Origin: Paraspadella gotoi
Lineage: Eukaryota > Animalia > Chaetognatha
Length of the DNA: 64,000 nucleotides
Direction: 5' to 3'
Assembly (NCBI GenBank): GCA_051294375.1
Contig: CM119270.1
Location: 1,328,484-1,392,483, forward strand
The position numbers and the translations under genes are program-made. Of this stretch, positions 10,613 to 24,424 are shown in pieces (position 1 is the first letter of the stretch; each line of letters begins with the position of its first letter). Under the pieces are notes generated by a model. That model did no database searches. It was given only the letters and a program-made list of their open reading frames with translations, and was not told the origin of the DNA.

Positions 10613-13600
10613 TAAGCGAAAAAACTGTAATAATATTATAATTAATATTCATATTCTGCCTTTAAATGTTATTATTAAACTATATTGATTCCTAATTATA
10701 AAATTAAAAATTAGCAGGTACAGGATCTTCTCTTCTTCTTTTATATTTATATTTACTTCAAAGGTTTTAATTTTCATCCAAATTAAACAGAACTAGCAAG
10801 ACTATATCTTTTATTTCTCATGTGCTTTCGTTTTCGATAAATTGGTACGATCGCTGCAAATTCCTGTCTAAGCTTCTTAGTTTTTAAAATTCTCATTAAC
10901 AAGTCCGGTCCCAGCGCGTTCAAAAGGTAATCCGCCAAAAAACGACGAAAAAATAGCGGCTTCCGAGGGATCACTTCGCTGCTAAACGATCGAAAAGTGA
11001 GCCACATAAAGATTTGAGACTACATAGTATAAATCATTATTCCGCCGGAATCGCGACCGGTAGAAAGCCGCAAATCCCGTTCCGGACAATAGAAACGAAA
11101 AACTACGGAGCTGAACAGTGGAACACCTGGAAAAAAAAGGGATATAAGAGTGAGGAAATATATCTTATTTTACCGCGATTTTGAAAGTTCGTTATTGTGT
11201 TTTTCCTTCTTATGAGCGGCGTATAGCTGTAATTATAAGTATAAAAAAAATTTTCACTATATCTGCGAAAACAGTATCCGCCGCGGATGAAAACGGCTGG
11301 TCAACTTCCTGGTTCGTTTAGCACTTCGCTGCACGCACCGTGAGATTCGACGCTCACCGCCGAACGTGAACACTGCAAGAAAGTTGACCTGCTTCAGAGT
11401 TACGATCGATCCGGCGATCCGATCGAAGCCACCTCCGCGTACCGATCTTGCACCTTCGAGGCGACATTGCCCGCCCATTGCGAGGCCTCTGCCGCCACGT
11501 GGCATGCGACGCGACTTCCTGAAAAACTCGAAATGTCGAGTCGCGCTGAGATATATCCCTTGCGTTAGCGCGTAGGACTTCGTTACGAAGAGGTTTACAG
11601 GTTCAGATCTATTCAATTACTAACCAAAGGGAGATAGCATATGCAGTATTGGTTTGAGTATGAGTATGATATCTCAATATCAACGAAGAACTCGCTTTCA
11701 AATTACATTTTGTACTGGAGTTACAGGACTGCCTCTCCGAGTGTCTTGAATGCATGTATAGAATCTCCTAAGCAATATATTTAACTCATTGGGAATGTAT
11801 TTACTTGTCTTGACATAATATAAATTAGCAAAATATAACCAAGTGCTGTGGCTTTTCGAAACATGGAAATAACAACGTAAAAGAAAGCTCACTGCGGCCA
11901 ACACACATTAACAATCTCCGTTCTGTTTTAGTCTTATAACTCTATAATTCACTTTGTCGTCCATCGGCGCCCCTAATCTTGTCGGGCATTCACTTATATG
12001 TCAGAACATCAAAATATGATTAATTATGCAAAAAAAAAATCCTATCTGTCATCTGTTTTGTCGCGTCCAACGTTAGCAAAAAACAAACCAATTTATTGTG
12101 AGATTGATGATTGGAATGAAATTTTGTGTGTGGGTAGGGAAGTTGTGATTGAGCTGGATATGATTTCGATAAGATCGTCCAAGTGGGAAATGAGTTTAAA
12201 TAACATCAAAAAATATTACTATTTGAACCAATTACTCATACTTCAAATATCATAGTGAGATGGGGCGATTGATTTGAAATTGTGTATGCGAGTAGAAACG
12301 GTGCATGATTTAAGCCTGGAAATCTCTTTTCGATGACATTTGAGTGAAATAGATTTAAATGGAAAAAAAACAAAAAACTGCTTTCACTAATTGGATATGC
12401 CTCTTTTATATATTAAAAGTAAATTGCAAGATGTATAATTAATCAAAAATTAATCATTAATCATAGTCATGAATTAATCAGCAGGGGCGGTAATCAAGCC
12501 AGTCCACTACAATCAAAACAACATTTTGATCAAATAATAAATTTACGATTGAATGAATAATTAATTATTACCGATTTACCGATTAATGTTGTGGGCAGAT
12601 CCAACATTGTTTGCTCAGAAGTTGTATAAAGTATTCTTATTTTCTTCACTACTGATACTGGTGTGCCTGGTTTAAAAAGTTTAATAATTAAATCTGTAAA
12701 TCATTCTGTAAGCTGTGTAACCAGCTGACTAATGGAAGTAATCATTTTAATCTTTAAAATATATTATACTCAATCATGTAATTTAAAGGAAACTCAGGAA
12801 AAAAAATTAACAATTGATATTAAATAACACATATTAAAACTGACAATTATTGAAGTGGAGGTAAAATCAAGTCAGCGGTATTGTAGTTAAGATTGCCACC
12901 AGCCTTTCGTCGTCATTGTTGGGATCAGCCACCAGGGTTTTGATGGTTTGGGCTCAACGTCTAATCTTGTAGCAGAGATTCGCCAAGAGACAAGAGTTGC
13001 ACGGATCTGTCACGCCCATGTCCCTGGAGAAGGAGGTTTAAGACAAAGGTAACTTGGCAAACACTTGGTTATCATATAATATTTACTTTATTGAATGCCC
13101 CGTGCGGCCGGTGCGCTTGTGATGAATTAAGCAGGGCGCGAAACCCCGAGTCCCTTTGGGTTGGGAGGAGCTCGTGCTACCTCGGGCGCCATTAGTGCTA
13201 CTGATGTCTGACTGATTAACGCGGTATAAAATACTAACAGTATTATAATAATGAAAAATATATTGAATTATAATCAACTCATAAAATGGCAAAGAGAACT
13301 TCAAAACCGACTATCACTTATAAATTTATAAACACAACTTTCTTTCCAAATTTTACTTTTAACTATCCTTCAGCTAATTCGCATGATTTATTTACTAGTT
13401 AATTGTTAAATTTCACACCAACATTGTGTTAAACTGTTATTCTTTGTATACCACTTGCAAAATGCTTCCTTTTCGCTTTATTAATTACTTACTATTTTGT
13501 CTCTCTCCCCTCTCACTCTAACAAGTTTCACTTCTTTCAACAACTCACTCAGTCTGACCTCACCTTCAAACCTTCCTCACATCTGACTCTATCCTGTCTC

Positions 13601-16600
13601 ACCCACTTTGTGGAAAACTTTTACTGCTATCTCTCTCTCTCTTAGCAACAAATTTATTTGCAAATTGTTAAACGCTGATGAAGGCTTGAAATAACAAGCC
13701 TGAAACTGTCCGTATCTATTAAATACAGTTCGTTGTAAAAAATTCAGAACACCTTATGTGGACTAAAATCCACCAACAACCGCTTCATGCACGGCCAATT
13801 GGTGCCAGAGGCAAGTCATTATCGCCTCCCAACCCAATAGGTCCGGGGTTCTAGCCCGGTGGATCGCGCAAGCAGTTAAGAGGGACGGCCGCTTAACCCC
13901 GCCTGTAACATGGTGTTACGCTCTGATTCCGAAGCTCAGGGACCTGCTTATATTGAACGGTTCTGTCACTAACACAATAAAATAATTAACTGTCCTCTCA
14001 CAACTCTTGCTTCTTCTCTGCTAAATAACTAACAATTGAAAAGGAGGATTCATTAATATCAATCCACCAGTTTGCATAGATTATGAATGTCACGAAATGT
14101 TACAATACGAGAAAAAAATCCCTCATCTGCTCAATTAGAAAAATTATGTTTAATCCCTCTTTCATTGCATTTAAGATTTAGGAAACAAATTATTTTATGA
14201 TCCGTATTAAATAAAATCGTCTTTGCCAATAAAACTTTTTTCTTAAATCTTAAACCAATTTATAAGTTAGATTCAAAATATTTCTCTAACAGTAATTTTT
14301 TAAAAATATTTTTTTTATATAAATAAAACAAATTAAAATTAAAAGTGAAAACTAGGACGGCATTTAAATTTTGATTGTTTTGCAAAGAAAACTGATAAAG
14401 ATTGAATTGCGAAATATAGTATTATAATGGTAAGAACTTATCTTGACACTGTTAGCTCAGAAGTAAGATTTAAGAACATTCCGTTAAATATGTAAAAGTT
14501 AACTGTCAGTACCAATTGGATACACTATGTATGATTATAATTAATGATAGGTAAAAATATAATGTGTCTGGCTCATGACTGACAGATTCAGGCCACGTCG
14601 GATAGGATGACGGAAAGATCCGATCTTCCGAGCCCGGTGCTTCGCAAAGAGAACTGTCGAATCGAAAAAATCGGGATCATTTTGTGTTGAAACGTCTCGG
14701 GAGTACCTCTCAAACCCGCTGGACAAAATGCTTTTAAAGTGTTCCGAAGTTTTTATATCTCAACATATTAAATTTACCGAATCAAATTCTAAACCCGTTA
14801 TTTCACAACTCATTTTTAAAAATTCAACCATTCATCAATGTAGCACGATCGTAAGCTCAACTCACCTTCAATCCAAAATTTATTAACTGATTTGCCGAGA
14901 GTGATGTAAAGGCTAACATGACCGTAGGTCGTAGAGGGGGTCTTTTCATGGAGTCGCCGAGAGCCAATTCTCAGAGACCGTGTCGCCGAAAGTGATGTCG
15001 CTGAGAGTCTTAGTCGCCGAGGATGTTGCTTGAGTTATTTCGCCACAAGTGATGTCCGCACGGCGAAAGGTGAAAAAAAATTATAGACTAAAAGATATAC
15101 AGGAGATAATGTTAGCAACAGAACGAAATATAAATTGAAAAATTCCAAGTAATCTTATCTTTATGCAAATAATAAATTTGGCGATACTGGATTTGAATAC
15201 GCTCGAGAGCGTTTTATGTCTATAGGCAATTACTCTGGTTCGTTATAATAATTAAATATTTTTACATTTAACTGAGAGAAATGATGTCAACATTGGGTTG
15301 ATGTAATAATTTCAAATCAATCGATCACGCGTTGAGAAAAATTCTACAAAAAATCGATCATTTTTAAAAAAATAAAAATTCTTAAAAACTCGCTAAATGG
15401 CATGTACTGTATGGTTTATGTTGTTGTTTATTTCTTATTATAATACAGGCTTTATCAATAAAGGGGTAAATTACGAAAATGAGATATTTCGAACTCATAT
15501 TGAGACTTATGATATTCAATGAATATTTCTTCTTTCGGGCAACGAAATGTACCTAAACTTTGTAGCTTTCATTAAGCTAAATCGTATTTTTATAATTTTA
15601 CAAGGGAGTTTGGCAAAAACAGTAAAAGAAATAAAAATGATAATAAATTTTGGAAAAAAATGAATTAATTGCTCCAATTTCTTACTAAATTGAATTATTT
15701 TTTTTCGTCTATGTTGCTTGAAATTTAGGCTAACCCAACCAGAATCGGCAATCAATGATACGCTGTAATATTATTTGACTTATACAGTAAGTACCCGCAA
15801 AATAAAAAAATTCAAAGGAAACAGTCTAAACACCGTGTTTATTTAAGTATTTTTTAGTTAATAACCTATGGATTTTCTTTGTTCCGGCTGGCGTTGGATA
15901 GCCCAAATACTGCCGTATCAGAAATCATCCATGGTTTTGGTATATTTACTGCGCATTGTCGCAAAAACTGGAGGCACCAAAATTATCAGAAATCCGCCTG
16001 TTCTTCCGGATTCTTTCTAAAATCGCGAGCGACCATATACTCGTCCGATGGAAAACGAAGAGAAAGAGAAATAAAAGATGGAGAAGAAGTAACATTTAAA
16101 AATCTAATAAATACTTGATTAAATACCCATAATTATATTATATCTCATAAATATCTAATTTAAAAAATACAGCGAAGGCGGGAAGATATGTTCAAAAACA
16201 AACGAGCCCCCAAAATTCTCTCTTTCGAAACCGCGGTGTGCTCGTCGCAAGCCATGGCTTTCGGATTGGATTCGAGCAGTAGTAGTCATTAATGCTCGGT
16301 CGGTCCAATATAAAATGTAATCGAAAACAAAAGCCCTTTGTTTTCTTAGAATTTACAAAAAAACGCTTGAATTTTTTCCGTTGCGCCTCCACCAGAACAG
16401 AAAGAAACCCTCGTCTCGCCGAAGGGAAAAATAAACAGTAAAAAATACCTATCGGCTTACGTTCGAATTAAATGGCCGAAAAAGCCAGCCTTCATTGATT
16501 GTTAAATTAAACAGAGCAAGCTTGCAAAAATATAACCAAAATTAAGATACCCGTCTTAGCCAAGACGCAATTATTCAGACATGTGTTAAGGATCAAAAAA

Positions 16601-17184
16601 CTATCAACATAGATTAGTAGAACGATCAAGTCTAAGATGAGAATAAAACCGGAAACAGTCCACTTTAGTCCTTTTTTCATGTCAAGATGACGACATTTTT
16701 TTCGCGCACCATCGGCAAGGGCTCCCAAGACGCCACGCTTTCGCAAATAGCCCATTTTAATACTATTTATTACGTGCAATGCCGTCGATCGAAGCGAGAC
16801 AATAAAAAAAAGCGCGAATTCTCGGAAACTGAATTCCCCCTTCATCGCGAAACTCGTGATCTTTGCTACGAATATTGAAAAGAAAGTTTTAAATAAAATC
16901 GTCGATCACCTTAATCTTTGCCCAAATGATATAGAGCAAAAAAATTAATATGGTCGAAACAGCTTCAAGTTAAGAGGGTCAAACCGTTATGTTTTCAGCT
17001 TTACCCCGTTCACTTGAGATCCCTTAAGTCCTAGTCAGATCAAGTCATTTCGGAACATAGACAAGAAAAAGAAAAGAAAGAAAAGAAAGAAAGAATCGGT
17101 TTCTCCCTTCATTCGTTGAGAGAGATGGAAAAAGAATTCGGACGACCCGGGACCACCCAGGTTCGTCCGCTCTCTCTCTCTCTC

Positions 17185-17218
<34 letters not shown>

Positions 17219-17568
17219 TCCTCTTCTCTTCTTCTTCAAAAAGTGTTCTCTTACCGCTTAGCTGATCTTTTTTTGATTTTTTATTACTCTCTTTAAAACG
17301 AACCAATCTTTTATAGATTTTAAAGTGATTTCACGGTAATTCCCTTCTCCTCTTCTCCTCTCTCTCCTCTCGGGACCTCTCTCTCTCTCCCCCTCTCTCT
17401 CTTCTCTCCTCCTTCTCCTTCTCTCTCTCTCTCTCTCTCTTTCTCTCTATTCTCCCTCGGTCTCTTCTTCCCTCTTCTATATCTCTCTCTTCATTCTCTC
17501 TCTCCTCTCTCTCTCGTCTTCTCTCTCTCTCTCTCTCCTCTCTCTCTCGTCTCTATATCTTCCTCCTA

Positions 17569-17599
<31 letters not shown>

Positions 17600-18015
17600 T
17601 CCACGGCGAAGGTGATCTAAGAATTCGAATTGAATTCTAAGCAAAATCATGAGACTGTGAGCATCTGGAGATGACGATCGATGACGAACGACGACGAGTA
17701 GATGAGGATGATGACACGAACCGATGACGACCGACTAAGACGACGACGATGATGACGACGACGATGATGACGACGACAGCGGGACGAGAGATGAGAGACG
17801 AGGAGCGTGGAGGACATGACTCATGACACGAATCACACAACGAAAAAACAACTTGATTTCTTTATATTCAGAAACATCGAGCTGCCGTGTGCCGGACCTC
17901 CCTTCGACCTACTTCCTCCTCTTTCTCCTGCTTCCTCCTCCTTCTCCTCTTCCTCCTTTTTCTTTGTCCTCCTCTTCTCTCTCATCTCTCTCTCTCTCTC
18001 TCTCTCATCCTCTCT
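10613..18015 (+). repeat. Segmental direct duplication, copy B
   Basis: Same content as 1-7437. It reads straight through the position where copy A has a 25-N gap (cgaaggtga|tctaagaat). Confidence 0.95.
13671..13734 (+). ncRNA. Type I hammerhead ribozyme (duplicate of 3059-3122)
   Basis: Identical sequence aacgCTGATGAaggcttgaaataacaagcctGAAActgt...acaGTTcgtt within duplication copy B. Confidence 0.8.
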
Positions 18016-18198
18016 GGAGGTTTGGATATTTTGGTGGAGGATGGCGCCACCATCGACTTGGGAAAGGTGACGCCTTGTTTGTCGTTTCGGACACCCGCGG
18101 GGCGACCACCAATTGGAAGGGAGGCTGAGGGTCGGCTGGGTTTGGAAAACGTGGTTGGTAGCTGAAGGCATCATCCATGCATAGAGATAGACCTGGCA

Positions 18199-18266
18199 AG
18201 CTTTGTGATGTGATTAGTCAGATGATTGATGGCCCTAAAAAGGACGACCAATCACATCACAAAGCT
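18199..18266. other. 68-nt hairpin, 21-bp stem (small MITE remnant or pre-miRNA-like)
   Basis: agctttgtgatgtgattagtc (18199-18219) pairs with gaccaatcacatcacaaagct (18246-18266) at 20 of 21 positions, with a 26-nt loop. Confidence 0.65.
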
Positions 18267-18566
18267 AATAAAGTCCATCTATTGGTGCACTTTGTAGATG
18301 GCGTTGTAGAAAAAAAAAGAGTTACCTGGTAACTTGGTAGGAAAGCTTTGCAAAGACTGTCTGTGGGTTTTTTGGCACCTCTAACTGGGATGGAATGGTT
18401 AGAGGGATTGGAATCATCCGGCGTTGGCCTTACTCGATGACGCCGTGGTCCCTATAGTTGGCCATGGACACATTTGTGGGCCTCTTTTGGTGGTCTCCCG
18501 TCTAAAGGTTCTGAATGACGTGTTGACGATCTGTTTGGTCAAAGAGGAAAAGAAGAAAAAAAATTG

Positions 18567-18633
18567 GAAGAAGAAGAAGAAGAAGAAGAAGAAGAAGAAG
18601 AAGAAGAAGAAGAAGAAGAAGAAGAAGAAGAAG
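18567..18633. repeat. (GAA)n microsatellite
   Basis: Direct reading; it is the source of the poly-K/E/F ORFs. Confidence 0.95.
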
Positions 18634-19230
18634 ACGAGGACACGAATCTGAGGGGATGGCATCTTTTTTGGGCACAGTTCAAATATTTAAGGAGAGCGGG
18701 AGTGAGAGGGAGGAAGAGAGGAAAAGAGGGAGAGAGAGAGAGAGTTAAAGAAAGAGAGAGAAGGGGAGGGGGCGAGAGAGGAGGACGATGGAGGAGGAGA
18801 CAGCGAGAGTATGAGAGAAATACAAGGCACCGTAGGAAGGGGAACGAGCGAGAGACGGCGGGAGCCCAGGAGAGACGGCGTGAAATCCATGAGACAGGAA
18901 ATGAGAGAGAAAGAGAAAGCAGTGAAGAGTTTGGAATATAGGACTACCGTGAGATCGCAACCACAAACAAGGCGCTGCAGATAAGAAACAAAAAACGTAA
19001 CAGAGCAGAAATACTTTATTCACAACAATAATAAACATTTTTAACAGTTATAAACTTCTAATAATACAAATTTTCTCATACTAAAGTTATAAGTGATTCA
19101 CAATTACTTCGCGCCAAACAACAAAAATTATAACAACCTCAGTGCAAACGGTCATGTCCCTGATCCCCCCTGATTCAAAAACTCTCTCCTCTCTTCTCTT
19201 CTCTTCCTTCTTTCTCTCTCTCTTCTCTCT

Positions 19231-19261
<31 letters not shown>

Positions 19262-19354
19262 TATCCTTTTCTCTCGAGGCCAGCTGCACCACAATTTCAA
19301 GTGCTGCCGCAGCCGCGAGAAGAGTAAGCCCCTCTCTCTCTCTCTCCTCTCTCG

Positions 19355-19407
<53 letters not shown>

Positions 19408-22400
19408 GAGCTCCACCCGCAGCGCAGGAACGAAAACGAGAAAATCGTTGGCGTAGCGTCGGANNNNNNNNNNNNNNNNNNNNNNNNNAGAGAGTGGATG
19501 GAGGGGAGTTAGAATAGAAAGAGGGAGAGGGAGAGAGAGAGGGAGGAGACAGAGGGAAAAGGAGTCAAAAGGGGGAAGAAGGAGAGAGAGGAGATGTTAA
19601 TGAGAGACAGCGGTGGAGTAGGACTGACGAGGAGTCAAAGAGATGAAGAGAGAGAGACGGAGGACGAAGGGAGACGAGAGAGAGGAGCGAGGAAGAAGGT
19701 CAGAGGGAAGAGATAGGAAAAGGGAAGAAAGGAGGGAAAGATAGAAACTGAAAAAAAGAGATAATTTTCAGTGGATCAATGCCAACTTTTTTTTTAGCTT
19801 AGTTAATACGAAGGATTAATAAACGAAAATCTGAATCATTGTTAGATTTAGTCGATGTCGTGTCGTGTCGTGTCGGGTCGTTCGTGAGTGGTCGTGTTGT
19901 TGTCGGTCGTTTGTGTTGTGGTTGTGTTGTTTGGTGGTGTAAGTGTTGGATTGAATCGCGATTTCTACGAAGAATTTGTTTAAAAAATCATTTAACATTG
20001 ATTAATAAACTTAAATGAACGTGATGATCCTCAAGGGGTTGATTGAAATAATTAAATCCAAAAAAAAAAGAGAAATAATTGTGCAGGATATTTGTAGACG
20101 ATGACGACGGATGATATTGATGATGGAGAATGATGATGATTGGATGATTGGATGACGATGTTAATTGATGATAAATTGATTCAAAAATCCCTTCGGTCTC
20201 GAATCGGTGCAACACATTCAATGCTTTCTACAAAGGGTGCACATAGACAATGATTTCTTTTTCTTTCTTTCCCTGTCTCTTTCTGTTCTCTTGTGCGTCC
20301 TGCTTTCGTGCTGCCGTGTCTGCTCTGTGGCTGCACTGCGCACCCGAAAGCCGAAGAAATATAGTCCGGATCGATTGTGTTGTAGAACAGGACAGAGATG
20401 TGTACGTTTGGGCGCGAATTTGTCTTGCGTCGTGTGTGAAATCTTCGATGCAGTGATTTGATTGTGCGTCGGACCGTGAACGAGGAATTCGTTAAACATA
20501 TTTGCACAACCGACGCGACGCGTCGTCGCAGCGGCAGAAACTCGACGCAGCAGCCGACGGTTTTTCGCTTTCTCAGTTTTCATGGTTTTTAATGGAGGAG
20601 GAAGAGGATGAGGAGGAGGAGGAGGAAGGGGGGAGAGAGAAATCGAACCGGCACCTGCTCTGGCTTAGGAGGGCGAAGGGGGAAAAGGAGGAGGAAGAGG
20701 AGGAAGATTATACGAAAAAGGTGAGGCGCGGATTATCTGGGTGAGTTTTGTTTGGTGGATCCGTTTTCGTCGTCGTCGTCGCCGTCGTCTTCGTCGTCGT
20801 CGTCGTCGTCCTCTCTCTGCCTGACCCCGAGGGACGTGACGAACTCCGCAGCGAAAAAGGGTGAGTGAAAAGTGAGTGAAAATCTGTCGTCCGTTGGGGA
20901 TGAGTAAGTTAGGTTAGATCGGTGAGTAAAAGTTGTGACGTTTAAATAATATTTTTAATCGTTTTTTTTAATAATAAGTCAAAATTTAATTATAGATTAC
21001 CAAAATTCAGTCGATGAGTATAGCCGAACTAAATGCACTATATATTACATCTGTTGGGATTGAACATATGAAATCTTTTTGAATATAAAGTGGAATTATT
21101 TGGTATAAATTATATAAAGCGCATGTTTTTGATTGGGTAATTTTCAACATTGAAATTGAAACTGTAAATAACTATTGAATTATTTATTTCCCCACTGAAT
21201 CAAATATGAAACTTTCTTTATTTAAATAAACGGTTGGACATTAGTTATCTCTCTCCTTATAACATAGAACTCACTGGTGGGGTGAATTCTATGCTTTCAA
21301 AATACGGGTAAGACATGATTTCTTTCACGTTAATCATTCAATACCGGTATTAGCCTTTATTAAAAAGAAACTAAAAAACGATTTTTCATAGGTAAGAACA
21401 ACTTTTAATTGATATAAAATTGCTCGTAAGATCTCGTCGCGTTTTTTAGTTGATATTAACACTGCTTAGGCAAAAAAATCGGCACTGCTATATTATCTAA
21501 ACTTTGTTTTGTTTCCACTGCTTTTTTTGTTTTCTTTCTTTCTCGAACTTCGCCCTGACTCTCTTTTTCTCTTTCTATCTGGTGAAGTATTTTGATTCTT
21601 ACGCCAACAAATAAGCGTGTTTTAAATTTTATTTATTTTTCATAGTCCAATCACTCCTGTCCGTACAACTTTCTCACCTCAATACTATCATAACTTCAAA
21701 TCTTCTTTGGTGGACGTTCTCTCTCTTCTACTCTCTGCTTTCTCTCTCTTCATACATAATGATTGGTAAAATAACACTGCGCTTGGAAAGACTCCCGGAA
21801 AAAAGTTTCAAAACATGTCATTTCAAAACAAATTAAAAACTCGTTGTTTTGTAAACAAAAATAAACTTTGTTTTCTCTCTCAATTTTATTTCAGAGAAAG
21901 ACTTCGTTAGCGGTATGATTTATTTCAAAGTTTGGTGCCAGCAGATTTTAAAAAAATCCACAGATTTTTCGAGAAATTTTTCCGCAAAAAACCTGTCGAT
22001 TGAGAGGAAAAAAAATTACTGACGGCTTTCATTACATTAAAAGAATGCGGCTTGTTTTTTAAAATTCGTTTAACCTTTAGTAATTTCTTCATCTATTAAA
22101 AACTATAAAATAAGTCAAAACCGGTTTTTAGGTTTTAAATAAAACGAAACCTCACCAAATACTCACAAATATAAAGTCAGCTTAAATATTTTTTGCCAAG
22201 CAAAACTATTAAATTCTTTGCCCCTAATGTTAGCTGACCAGAAGCACCAACAATTAGGAAATCGTTGATTTAGAATTGTGACATTTTGAAGTATTTCTCG
22301 TTAACAAAATTGTATAAAATGTAAAAATGTAATTTTTACTCGTTCAATTTAAAAAATTAATCCATAGGCAAACAATTAATGAGACAATGGCAAATGAACC

Positions 22401-22719
22401 AACTCAGAGTAGAGAAGATAAAGAAGGACCCAAAAGCCGGAGTAAAAAATTTTCTTCAATGCGATCTTAGCGTTCAAATCATCTAAGACAAAAGTCAAAA
22501 TGGACACAAAATGGACATAATTTTTTTTATTAAAAGTAGACAAAAAATTGATATTGATTCGTTGATAGAAAAACTGACAGCAGGGATTGATTTAATTAAT
22601 CTGTTAGTCTTCGCCAACTTTGTCTTAGAGTTAAAATTAATCTTTTTTGTGGGTAAATATTCTAACAGTATTGAAAAAGTGGTTTTTTGCCTTAAATTCC
22701 TCGATAGAAATCACTGCCT

Positions 22720-22883
22720 AAAGGACTATGCTGAATAAATTATAAATTATATTAAAGGACTATGCTGAATAAATTATAAATTATATTAAAGGACTATGCT
22801 GAATAAATTATAAATTATATTAAAGGACTATGCTGAATAAATTATAAATTATATTAAAGGACTATGCTAAATAAATTATAAAT
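22720..22883. repeat. 34-bp tandem minisatellite, ~4.7 copies
   Basis: Unit aaaggactatgctgaataaattataaattatatt; aaggac starts at 22721, 22755, 22789, 22823 and 22857; no spacers. Confidence 0.95.
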
Positions 22884-23168
22884 GTAGTCGGGCATTGCCT
22901 AGGTTCACCCCGCCTAGAATCATGACATATATATTAAAGGACTCTGCTAAACTTTCAAATGATTTTCTTCCACTGTCAAGGTCAGATACGTTGACCTTCA
23001 ATGTCATTAGGTTCAGGNNNNNNNNNNNNNNNNNNNNNNNNNNNNNNNNNNNNNNNNNNNNNNNNNNNNNNNNNNNNNNNNCTACGACCTGATAAAGTCG
23101 AAATTGAAGATTCGACAACAATATGCAAATGAGATTTTAGCACTTGGTCGATCTGGTTGAGAAAAAAA

Positions 23169-23273
23169 GCTTGCTTGCCCGGATAAGCAGCTTTGAGTTC
23201 GTGCTTGCTTGTCGCGATAAGAAGCTTGAGTTCGTGCTTGCTCGCCCCGATAAGCAGGGTGCGTTCCTGCTTG
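23169..23273. repeat. ~33-bp degenerate tandem repeat, ~3 copies
   Basis: gagttcgtgcttgct occurs at 23195 and 23228; gataag recurs three times. Confidence 0.75.
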
Positions 23274-23697
23274 TTAGCCCTTCTAAGTTCTCCGTTATCT
23301 TCGTGGGCGGAGTCTCCTCGAACCTCGAATCCGCTTAATTAAATTCCGAGCTCCAACTTTTTTTTCTGAAGGAGAGGAGAGAGGAGAAAGAGAGATAGGA
23401 GAGAAGAGAGAGACGAAGAGAGAGAGATGAGCAGAGAGAGAGGGATGACGAGAGGAGAGGGAGGAAGAGGACGAGAGAACCGATGAGGGAGAGGAAGAGA
23501 GAGAGAGAAAAGGAAAAAAAAAAAACAGGAACGAGAAGAAAAGGAAAAAAAAAGGAAGGAAAGAAAGAAAGGAAAGAAGATAGAGATAGGACACGAGAGT
23601 GGCAGATGAGAGCAGCATAGAAAGAGTAGATAGAGTGTGAGATGAGAAATATTGAAAGGAAAAAGAGAGAGAGAGAGAAGAGACGAGACGAGAGAGA

Positions 23698-23738
<41 letters not shown>

Positions 23739-24136
23739 TAGTAGAACGATCTTGAATAAGCTGAAATTGAAAATTGAACACCCTTGCGTCATCGGTGTTT
23801 AATATGGTACATTTTACATACTTCCAGGAAATGAACGAACAAACAAGTCAGCCAATACCGTCTACAAAAAATGAATTTCTCTTACGAATGAGACAACATC
23901 TCGCGATTTCCACATCGACCAAAGTTTTAATCTCCCTCATTTCCGGAACATATGTTTCGCCTGCGGGGATCGACTTTCAAAAGAGGGGGGGAGAGGGATG
24001 TGGAGAGCTTCGGGCCTTGGAATCGCCGGGACTGAAGGCCTCCTTAGGCCCCCTTAGGCCCTTAAAACCCCGCGGGGCTTCTCTCTCTCTTGCGTAAAGA
24101 AGAATAAATGTAGATTTGAAAAAAAAGAAAAAAAAT

Positions 24137-24188
<52 letters not shown>

Positions 24189-24387
24189 AATCCAAGTAAA
24201 GTCAAAAAAGTTTTCTTCGTTTGAAATCCAAGTATTTTTAAAAACTTGAATATATTTTAATGTTTTTTTTGAAAAAAAAAAATTGAGGTTAAAACTATAA
24301 GGACGTTAAAAAATATTTTTTTACTTTTTTATAATTTTAACAAACAAGTTAAAACTATCGAGACGATAATAGTTTTAAATATCGGGA

Positions 24388-24424
<37 letters not shown>

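Noticed and set aside
22720-22883. CRISPR-like array (34-bp repeats)
   Set aside because: The units are head-to-tail with no unique spacers, there are no cas genes, and the context is eukaryotic.
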